A DNA stretch of 18,590 bases from Candidatus Altarchaeum sp. (GTDB lineage Archaea > Altiarchaeota > Altiarchaeia > Altiarchaeales > Altiarchaeaceae): positions 1-18,590 of the forward strand of contig JAGWDQ010000142.1 in NCBI GenBank assembly GCA_018260615.1. The letters run 5' to 3'. Within the stretch, counting starts at the first letter, position 1, and every line of letters starts with the position of its first letter. The position numbers and the translations under genes are program-made. Of the stretch, positions 1-6,841 are shown in pieces. The notes beneath the pieces were generated by a model that saw nothing but the letters and a program-made list of their open reading frames with translations, was not told the DNA's origin and did no database searches.

Positions 1-170
1 ATTTAAAAATCAGCAGATTTTTAAAGATTGAAAATTCTCAAAGAATTTTCAGTATTAAAAAATTTCGTAAATTTTTAAAGATTGAAAATTCTCAAAGAAT
101 TTTCAGTATATTTCTCCTTTGTGTCTTTTTCAAAACGCAGAGTTTTGAAAATCTCCGAGCAAGAGCGAGG
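1..170. repeat. Cluster of AT-rich palindromic (REP/BIME-like) modules
   Basis: Hairpins TTTAAAAATC-agca-GATTTTTAAA (2-25), TGAAAATTCT-caa-AGAATTTTCA (twice, inside a perfect 39-bp direct repeat at 17-55 and 71-109) and TTTTCAAAAC-gcaga-GTTTTGAAAA (127-151). Bases 1-55 are homologous to the reverse complement of 15251-15304. Confidence 0.8.
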
Positions 171-257
171 TGACGGTGTCTCCGTGTGAGAATAATAAAA
201 CGAACTTTCCTGTACGATAAAAAATTTTGCATAAATTTTATTTCCCGTTCAAAAATT

Positions 258-383
258 CTAATCCGGAGAAAAGTGCGACCCGAAGAAAGAGCTTGCGAGC
301 ATTATTATGAGCATTATTACAAAGACCGCCGCACAAATAAAAAATATAGTTCCTGCAATATAAAAAAACTTTTGGAAATCCAT
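258..383 (-). CDS. Putative 41-aa single-pass membrane peptide (not in ORF track)
   Basis: Manual translation gives MDFQKFFYIAGTIFFICAAVFVIMLIIMLASSFFGSHFSPD*, with an ATG start and one long hydrophobic stretch. No homology recognised. Confidence 0.4.
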   Translation of the reverse strand: MDFQKFFYIAGTIFFICAAVFVIMLIIMLASSFFGSHFSPD

Positions 384-449
384 ATTGTTATTTTTTAATG
401 TTAAAAATTTGTTTTCAAGATTAAATTAATAATACTAACAATTAATTTT

Positions 450-596
450 GTAACTACTCACCATCCCAAAAAATTACAGGTAAATTTTTTGATTTTTACG
501 CTCACTTCGTTCGTGTATTTTCAAAACTCTGCGTTTTGAAAATTGTGTTTTTTTGAAAGTTTTACAGGTAAATTTTGTTAACCCGTGAGTAGTTAC
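450..596. mobile_element. MITE copy 1 (12-bp TIR GTAACTACTCAC) with a nested ~48-bp REP-like insertion
   Basis: GTAACTACTCAC at 450-461 and GTGAGTAGTTAC at 585-596. It aligns to the reverse complement of 3695-3795 except for an extra segment (about 498-545) containing CTCACTTCGTTCG and the hairpin at 517-543. Confidence 0.8.
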
Positions 597-700
597 TTAA
601 TTTTTACATAAAATTTTCCACCCTGAGTCTTAATTCAAAATATTTAAAAATAATTATAATTGTAATCTAAATTGTAATTCAAAATATAACAGGGATAAAA

Positions 701-850
701 ATGACAAAGGAAAAAAAAGAGAGGAAAAGAATATACAATCCTTTCACTAAAGAATATTATGAAGTAAGACAAAGAACAACATCCTCCGGAAGAAAGGGTC
801 TTTGGTCTTCTGATGAAAAGGAAAGAAAAGAGAAAAAATGGATATGGTAA
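701..850 (+). CDS. 49-aa basic hypothetical protein, candidate antitoxin for the downstream PIN gene (not in ORF track)
   Basis: Manual translation gives MTKEKKERKRIYNPFTKEYYEVRQRTTSSGRKGLWSSDEKERKEKKWIW*. AGGG lies upstream of ATG 701, and the 3' end overlaps the PIN start codons at 838/844. Confidence 0.6.
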   Translation: MTKEKKERKRIYNPFTKEYYEVRQRTTSSGRKGLWSSDEKERKEKKWIW

Positions 851-1500
851 AGACAAAACCAAAAGTTTGGGTGCCGGATAGTAATATTATTGTGTATTGG
901 ATTATGGGAAGGCACATTCTTCGTTGGCTTATAGTTGATTATTATAAATTTTCGGAGGAGTTAGTTAGTACATACTTGAAGAGATATGAGGACTCTATAA
1001 ATTTTGTTGATGAGATACTAAAGCAGGAAAAGGATTCTAATAAATTTTATGTGGTTGATTTGACTCTTAATGAAGTATTTTCCGGAATTAAGGACGAGAT
1101 AAAATCCGTAATGCTGTTTGAAAAAGGATATCCTCTTTCCCGCTGGTCAGACAGGAGGTTAATAGGAGAATTAAAACTAGATGAAGAGTTCATAATCAAG
1201 ATACGTGATTTTATTGCTCACGCTTTTCACGAATTGATGAAAAAAATTGAGATTCTGCCTGTTCCTTACGAAGATGAAGGATACTTTGATGTTTATGCTT
1301 CATTAATTCTAAAAAATATAGCGATGCAAACCCAGGACGCTATTCTACTGACAACTGCAATATTGGAAAGAGCAGATTATTTTGTTACGAAAGATGAGTA
1401 CTCTGTTGGAAGATATAAGGGAGTGATTAAAGATAAATATGATTTGGAAATTATATGTCCGGAACATGGATTAAATGTTTTAAAGAGGAAAGTAAAATGA
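838..1500 (+). CDS. PIN-domain (VapC-like) ribonuclease, 220 aa, with internal insertion
   Basis: PIN acidic motifs VPDSNII, LTLNEV, QTQDAILL and FVTKD. The start may be 838 or 844. Confidence 0.8.
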   Translation: MDMVKTKPKVWVPDSNIIVYWIMGRHILRWLIVDYYKFSEELVSTYLKRYEDSINFVDEILKQEKDSNKFYVVDLTLNEVFSGIKDEIKSVMLFEKGYPLSRWSDRRLIGELKLDEEFIIKIRDFIAHAFHELMKKIEILPVPYEDEGYFDVYASLILKNIAMQTQDAILLTTAILERADYFVTKDEYSVGRYKGVIKDKYDLEIICPEHGLNVLKRKVK

Positions 1501-2504
1501 AAACCATAAATTTAATCATCATCGGATTTGGAAACATCGGAAAGGGATTTTCAGATGTCCTGCTCAGAAAGGAGAAATTTCTTGCCGAACTGGGATATAA
1601 ATTTAATGTCAGGGCAATCTCTGAATGGAACGGCTCAATAATTGTTCATAGCGGAGAAGGAATAAATTTAAATGAAGTCCTTGAACTTGCCAAAAACAAA
1701 AAATTTAACGAACACAAAAATTTTTCTAAAAAGACGGCAAAAGATGTGCTTGAAGAGGTTGATGCGGATATTGCCTTAGAACTAACACCCGGAAATATTC
1801 AGACCGGAGAACCCGGATTAAGCAATATCATTAATGCTTTAAACAACGATAAGCATGTTGTAACCTCAAATAAGTCACCGATTGCTTTAAAATTTAACGA
1901 AATAACAGAGTTAGCAAAAAAACATAACAAAAAAATTTTATACGAAGCAACAGTTGCGGGAGCAATTCCTTTATTTAACCTTTACAGAGAAACATTGCAG
2001 ATAAATACAATCAACAACATTTACGGAATCTTCAACGGAACAACAAATTACATATTGACAAAGATGACCGACGAGGGAACTGATTTTAACACTGCATTAA
2101 AGGAGGCACAGGAACTGGGATATGCAGAAAGAGATGCGAGTTATGACCTTAACGGTTACGATACAGCGGTTAAGGTAGTTATTGCAGCAAATGCACTTAT
2201 GAAAAGAAAAATAAATTTCGGGGATGTCCAAATTTCAGGCATAACAGGAATTACTGAAGAGGCGATAAAATTAGCGAAGGAGCATAACTATGTTATAAAA
2301 TTGATTGGCGATTGTAATAAATCAGAGGTCTCTTTGCGGTTAATCAGGAAAGACAGTCCGTTGAACATAGGAGGAAATTTAAATGCGGTAATGATAGACA
2401 CAGACATAGCAAAAGATATAACTATAATAGGAAGAGGGGCGGGAGCAATTGAAACATCTTCGTCAATATTTTCCGATGTTTTAAAGATTGCGGAAGAAAT
2501 TTAA
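1497..2504 (+). CDS. hom: Homoserine dehydrogenase (335 aa, no ACT domain)
   Basis: Motifs IIGFGNIG (Rossmann fold), HVVTSNKSP, YEATVAGAIP, GIFNGTTNYIL, AQELGYAERD and GRGAGAIETSS. The likely start is ATG 1497, in an ATGA overlap with the PIN stop, rather than 1455. Confidence 0.95.
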   Translation: MKTINLIIIGFGNIGKGFSDVLLRKEKFLAELGYKFNVRAISEWNGSIIVHSGEGINLNEVLELAKNKKFNEHKNFSKKTAKDVLEEVDADIALELTPGNIQTGEPGLSNIINALNNDKHVVTSNKSPIALKFNEITELAKKHNKKILYEATVAGAIPLFNLYRETLQINTINNIYGIFNGTTNYILTKMTDEGTDFNTALKEAQELGYAERDASYDLNGYDTAVKVVIAANALMKRKINFGDVQISGITGITEEAIKLAKEHNYVIKLIGDCNKSEVSLRLIRKDSPLNIGGNLNAVMIDTDIAKDITIIGRGAGAIETSSSIFSDVLKIAEEI

Positions 2505-2683
2505 AAAAATTGCTAAAATTTTGCCACTCATAAATTTACCTTTAAGAAATAATTTGAAAAGAAGGCAGGCATTCAAAACGCAAACATTATTTTATAAGAT
2601 ATTTAGCATTAACTTAACAATTAATAAATAGTAATAAATTTTTCAAAATGCAAAATTTGAGTTTTGTATTTATTATTTGCACC

Positions 2684-3000
2684 AAGGAATCTCATGCAGT
2701 GCCGGTGGATATTAATCGTGCATTCCGTCCATCGTTAATAAAAAGCCTGCCTAAGGCACCTCTAAAACTTAGAGATGAGGATGTACCGTGATGTCAAGTG
2801 ATAAAAAAGATAAATTTATAAGATTTGCCAAAAAGATGAATACACTAACCAGTTTGGAAGTTGAAGCTTGGATATGCTGTCAAAAGAGCATGTACGCAAC
2901 AACTGCGGATATCATGTCAAATTGGAGTTATATATGTAATGCAGATATAATGTCAAATCGGGAGGATATACGCAACAACTGCGGATATAACATGTTATCC
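2684..3000 (+). other. Platform A: conserved leader, tandem repeats and attI-like site ending GTTATCC (2994-3000)
   Basis: Homologous to 3941-4202 (identical 20-mer TCCATCGTTAATAAAAAGCC and identical hairpin CTCTAA-aac-TTAGAG). Perfect 20-bp direct repeat TACGCAACAACTGCGGATAT at 2893-2912 and 2969-2988. It ends CGGATATA-acat-GTTAT immediately before cassette 1. Confidence 0.6.
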
Positions 3001-3028
3001 ACCATAGCCAGTATATGGAGGAAAAAAT

Positions 3029-3508
3029 ATGGGCCGAAAACATACATTTATGGATAAAGAATTTGGACGCATGGATTATGACCCTGACGATCATGGGAGT
3101 TTTGAACAAGGAATGGTATTTGTCGCTATGCCTTTTCATGGTGACGAAATGAGAGAAGTTTACTCTGCAATTAAGGATGAATGCTCAAAATTAGGGCTCA
3201 GAACAAAAAGGGTGGACGAAAATGTGGGGGCAGGTTTTATCATAAGAGAGATTACTAATCTCATTGAACGAGCCGAGTTTATCATATTTGACCTCACTCA
3301 TGAACGCCCAAATGTGTACTATGAACTTGGATTTGCTCATGGAGTGGGGAATGAGCCATTAGATATTTTATTGGTAGCAAAAGAGGGGACTACAATTCAC
3401 TTCGATATTGCCCCTATGAGAATACAGTTTTATAAGACAACAGAACATCTCCGTTCCATAGTTGCATCAAGCCTTAAAGAGATGATTCGAAAGACAAGGG
3501 GAGAGTGA
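3029..3508 (+). CDS. Nucleoside 2-deoxyribosyltransferase-like / TIR-like domain protein (cassette 1, 2995-3599)
   Basis: Motifs VFVAMPF, RVDE, AEFIIFDLT and RPNVYYELGFAHG. GGAGG SD at 3017-3021. The stop lies 2 nt before the attC flank. Confidence 0.75.
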   Translation: MGRKHTFMDKEFGRMDYDPDDHGSFEQGMVFVAMPFHGDEMREVYSAIKDECSKLGLRTKRVDENVGAGFIIREITNLIERAEFIIFDLTHERPNVYYELGFAHGVGNEPLDILLVAKEGTTIHFDIAPMRIQFYKTTEHLRSIVASSLKEMIRKTRGE

Positions 3509-3519
3509 ATGGCTACGGC

Positions 3520-3605
3520 GTATAACAAAGTGTATCCGCTACGCTTCGCTTGCCTTTCAGGAAATTTTGCTACGCAAAACTTCAGATACACTTGTTCCGT
3601 TATCC
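3520..3605 (+). other. attC-type recombination site 1 (86 bp)
   Basis: GTATAAC-A-AAGTGTATCCG ... CAGATACACTT-GTTCC-GTTATCC, with an internal TTTTGC/GCAAAA stem. The left flank 3511-3526 matches the reverse complement of 2994-3009 at 13/16. Confidence 0.8.
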
Positions 3606-3694
3606 AAAATTCCAAACTTGATCAAAACGCAAAATTTCAGTCCTTAATATATTTTGGAAATTCAACAATAGGAAGTTCCATATTATCTTTTTAT

Positions 3695-3795
3695 GTAACT
3701 ACTCACGGGGTAGGAAATTTACCTGTGAAAATTTCAAAAAAAATACAAAAAATCAAAAATTTACCAATAATTTTTTAGGATGGGTGAGTAGTTAC
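3695..3795. mobile_element. MITE copy 2 (101 bp, TIR GTAACTACTCAC), inverted relative to copy 1
   Basis: GTAACTACTCAC at 3695-3706 and GTGAGTAGTTAC at 3784-3795. The internal sequence is homologous to 450-596. Confidence 0.8.
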
Positions 3796-3940
3796 CTTTT
3801 TATTTAATATTTAATGTTATCTTACCCAATTAATAAAAAGAAATAAAATTTTCAAAACGCAAAACTTCAGTCATATTTATTTACAAAGTTTGGAAATTTT
3901 TATTCATATTTATATTTTGTGAAAATGAACTCACAGTCCG

Positions 3941-4202
3941 AAGGAATCAAATGCGGGACCGGTGGAAAATACTCGTGCATCCCTTCCATCGTTAATAAAA
4001 AGCCCACTCAGGCATCTCTAAAACTTAGAGGAGAGAATGTACTGCGATGTCAAACGTTAAAAATAAAATTATAAAATTCATCCAAAATGAGTATATACGC
4101 AACAACTACGGATTTCATGCCAAATTGGAGAGATATACGCAATGCAGATATCATGCCAAATCGGAAGGATATACGCAGTACTGCGTATATAACTTGTTAT
4201 AT
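3941..4202 (+). other. Platform B: second copy of the leader, tandem repeats and attI-like site ending GTTATAT (4196-4202)
   Basis: Homologous to 2684-3000. Three TATACGCA-initiated units start at 4094, 4134 and 4170. Perfect 22-bp palindrome ATATACGCAGTACTGCGTATAT at 4169-4190. It ends CGTATATA-actt-GTTAT. Confidence 0.6.
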
Positions 4203-4263
4203 GAAATTCCGAACCCCTTGAAAAAAGGCAAAACATTTTAATAAAATAGGAGAATAATACATT

Positions 4264-4725
4264 ATGATGAAAAACAATCAAAAAATCTTGATTGGAATTG
4301 GAATATTAGCATTAATTGCATTATTGGCATCCCTGCTTCTCTTTGTGATGCCTGCGGGGACTGATCGGACACCCCAAGATACTAATGACATATATATACC
4401 TGTTCGGGGCGAAGGGGTGGGAAGCGTTGGAAATAATACAGGTGAGCAAAGATTTTCTTACTGGATTTCATTATGTAACGGAAAAAATGACGAGATATTT
4501 GTTAGTTGGATTGAACCAATTTATTCTAATGAATTGCTCAAAAAATCGCAAACAAAAAACCACAAGGTCATTGTAGAAAAAACCATACTTCCCAATAATT
4601 GCACTAAAATCAATGGGGAACTCATTTTTGATTCAAAAGGATTATCAAAAACCGAGATAAATAGTTGGGATCCTTACATTACAGGTTTCAGAATATCTTA
4701 CGAAAAAATAATACAACTTGATTAA
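4264..4725 (+). CDS. Hypothetical membrane-anchored/exported protein (cassette 3, 4197-4885)
   Basis: Basic N-terminus followed by the hydrophobic helix ILIGIGILALIALLASLLLFVM. AGGAGA SD at 4248-4253. The remainder is a soluble, beta-rich domain. Confidence 0.75.
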   Translation: MMKNNQKILIGIGILALIALLASLLLFVMPAGTDRTPQDTNDIYIPVRGEGVGSVGNNTGEQRFSYWISLCNGKNDEIFVSWIEPIYSNELLKKSQTKNHKVIVEKTILPNNCTKINGELIFDSKGLSKTEINSWDPYITGFRISYEKIIQLD

Positions 4726-4803
4726 CAATACATTCAAGATAATTTAGACGGGGTTCGGAACTCTGAGGTCGCTCCTTGCGTCGCTCCCTTACTCTAACGA
4801 GTC

Positions 4804-4891
4804 ATATAACACGGGCTATACGGCTTCACTTCGTTACGCCCAAATTTGCTCCCTATGGTCGCAAACTTCGTATAGCCCGATTCCGTTATCG
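4804..4891 (+). other. attC-type recombination site 2 (88 bp)
   Basis: ATATAAC-A-CGGGCTATACG ... CGTATAGCCCG-ATTCC-GTTATCG. Flank GGGGTTCGGAA (4750-4760) plus TCATATAAC (4802-4810) complements the cassette start GTTATATGAAATTCCGAACCCC (4196-4217). Confidence 0.85.
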
Positions 4892-5052
4892 GAAATTTTT
4901 GAGGGCACTTGAAACGATGGACAATCTCTTGTTTGAGATATTTGAGAGGACAACATTTAGAATTTAAATTTTTATTATGTTAATTCTAACTTTGGATCAT
5001 ACAATTTTTTAATAGGTATTTGATTATTATTTTAATTTAATTACTATATAAG

Positions 5053-6825
5053 ATGGAAGAAGAAAGAAAAGAAATGAAGACAGATAAATTGTCGCGGTTA
5101 CAATTTTCATCTCAGATTACAAATAATATTGAAAATTCATTTGCAATTACTACTATTATACAAGGTCGTATTACTAAAATAAAAGGTGCTAATGTAACTG
5201 TTAAGACTCATGCTGGAGAATCATATCTCAGTTTTAATGCTTCATCCGAAATTAAAAAACTTGTAAAAATTGATAATCAAGGCTTTCATTATGAGAAAAT
5301 ATCCCACTACGATTTAATCAATCATATCTGCATATTTAAAATTGTTATCTATAATTCACCAGCTGATATAAAACCACGCCATCATACAATTTTAAGATTA
5401 GTTAGCTTTGGAATCAATAACGAACTTGTTAAAAATCCATATTTTCATTGTGTCTCTGCTGATTGGCTTGCATCTTTTTGGTTGCCTACTATGGACATAG
5501 AATTTGGAGGTGTTTATGGGAATATTTTAAATGGCGGTGTACAGATTATGGGACCAGATAGAGATGACAAATGGTCATATCTTACATCAAGATCCCTTGC
5601 AGGTTTTTCTTTTGGTTTTCAACTTACTGGAAAATCAGAATATTTAAATGCTGCAATTCATACTCTGGAGTTTTTGAAAAAATCAAAGGATGAAATAAAA
5701 GGTAATATAATATTTCGTTCTCGTCAGCTGCGCAACGGAAATCACCATCAGCTTGCAAGTTCTTTATATAATATTTTTGTTCATGAGTATTGTTTAACCG
5801 GCTTATTAAGATACTATGCAGCAACAAGTGACAATGAGACATATAATTTTATAATAAAAGCATTAGAATCCTTAATGTTATTTTATGATTCTAAATATGG
5901 TGGTTTTTATGATGCAATAGATAGAAACACACTATTACCGATACCTAAAGTCACTGATACTAAATCATTTACATCATCAGCTGATGTATTAGCTGCAACT
6001 GTTATATTCGCAAAAGAATTGAATATTCATACTAATAAATTTAATCCAACTTCTGTTGCTATTGAAATTTGTAAGTTGATTGTTGATCATCATTTAATTG
6101 AAGATAATCCCTTTATTATTGAATCTTTTAATTCTGATTGGACTTTAAATACTTCGCCCTGGCGAAATGAATATGCAACCGCAGATTTGGCAGGCAGTTG
6201 TGGAGCCACAGCGAAAGTTGCCAGAGTTTTAGCAGTATGCTTACCATTTTTACCAAGGGAATTACAAAATAAGACTAAACAAGCAATAAAGAATATTCTT
6301 GATAACCTTATAATTGTTGGGGCATGGGATCCTTTGAGGGGCGGCGTACATGATTTTATGATAAGATATTGGAAAAGAAATCAATTAGGCGAATTTGTTT
6401 TTCATAGTGATTATGTTTGGTGGTCTCAAGAACAATTATGTGTTACGGCATATTTAGGATACTTGCTTTTTAACGATAATCACTATCTTGACATTGCAAG
6501 ATCAATAGTTAATTTCTGGTTGGGTTGTTTTATTTCTATACATGGGGGTGTTCATGACACGATTGATCATGTTGGAAATCCAGTAAGTGCCCAGATGGGG
6601 TGTTGGTTAAAGAATTCTTATCATGAACTCGAATTTGCATATTATATTGCTATTTTTGAAGCAATCATAAATAAAACATCTATAACCCTCTATTTTGCAC
6701 CTTCATATACTGGAAATTATTTTGAATCTTTACCCGATATTGGCATTATAAAATGGGATATTGTTGAGAACATAACTCTACCAAATGGAACAAAATCAGT
6801 TACTTTTAAACCAATTAAACTATAA
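5053..6825 (+). CDS. Long-form AGE-family epimerase/isomerase homolog (N-terminal beta domain plus (alpha/alpha)6 barrel), divergent
   Basis: Motifs TSRSLAGFSFGFQLTGKSEYL, YGGFYDAID, WDPLRGGVHD, VWWSQEQ and SYHELE. The start may be the second Met (MKTDK). Confidence 0.7.
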   Translation: MEEERKEMKTDKLSRLQFSSQITNNIENSFAITTIIQGRITKIKGANVTVKTHAGESYLSFNASSEIKKLVKIDNQGFHYEKISHYDLINHICIFKIVIYNSPADIKPRHHTILRLVSFGINNELVKNPYFHCVSADWLASFWLPTMDIEFGGVYGNILNGGVQIMGPDRDDKWSYLTSRSLAGFSFGFQLTGKSEYLNAAIHTLEFLKKSKDEIKGNIIFRSRQLRNGNHHQLASSLYNIFVHEYCLTGLLRYYAATSDNETYNFIIKALESLMLFYDSKYGGFYDAIDRNTLLPIPKVTDTKSFTSSADVLAATVIFAKELNIHTNKFNPTSVAIEICKLIVDHHLIEDNPFIIESFNSDWTLNTSPWRNEYATADLAGSCGATAKVARVLAVCLPFLPRELQNKTKQAIKNILDNLIIVGAWDPLRGGVHDFMIRYWKRNQLGEFVFHSDYVWWSQEQLCVTAYLGYLLFNDNHYLDIARSIVNFWLGCFISIHGGVHDTIDHVGNPVSAQMGCWLKNSYHELEFAYYIAIFEAIINKTSITLYFAPSYTGNYFESLPDIGIIKWDIVENITLPNGTKSVTFKPIKL

Positions 6826-6841
6826 AATAATTTAAGACAAT

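Noticed and set aside
186-398. ORF 186-398 (+)
   Set aside because: GTG start, no recognisable motif, and it overlaps a more protein-like minus-strand ORF.
2893-2998. Tandem 36-40-bp units as a CRISPR array (also 4094-4200)
   Set aside because: The units are contiguous and the between-repeat sequences are homologous to each other, so there are no unique spacers.
2981-3000. GGATATAA-CATG-TTATCC as an archaeal dif/XerA site
   Set aside because: The arms are separated by 4 nt rather than 6, and the cassette-end complementarity is better explained by an attI-like site.
2788-3057. ORF 2788-3057 (and 4047-4241, 4078-4281, 2912-3139)
   Set aside because: These run through the platform tandem repeats and crossover sites. 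The repeated ADIMSN peptide just reflects the DNA repeat, and the frame is not conserved between the two platforms.
3509-3778. ORFs 3509-3778, 3430-3615, 4776-4967, 10429-10614 and 10467-10667
   Set aside because: They overlap attC hairpins, a MITE or the opposite-strand IS1 remnant, and show the Arg/Ala/Pro-rich text typical of translated palindromes.
450-3795. Composite transposon bounded by the two inverted MITEs
   Set aside because: It would carry the housekeeping gene hom, and no flanking target duplication was evident. Independent insertions are simpler.
3941-4021. Peptide ...LIKSPLRHL* as the 3' remnant of an integrase gene (IntI ends resemble KSPLD)
   Set aside because: There is no upstream LLGH or YTHV motif, an in-frame stop lies just upstream, and the frame differs after IKS in copy A. 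Too weak to call.
2684-4202. Platforms A and B as a DGR template/variable repeat pair
   Set aside because: Mismatches are not restricted to adenines, neither copy lies in a credible gene 3' end, and there is no reverse transcriptase in the window.
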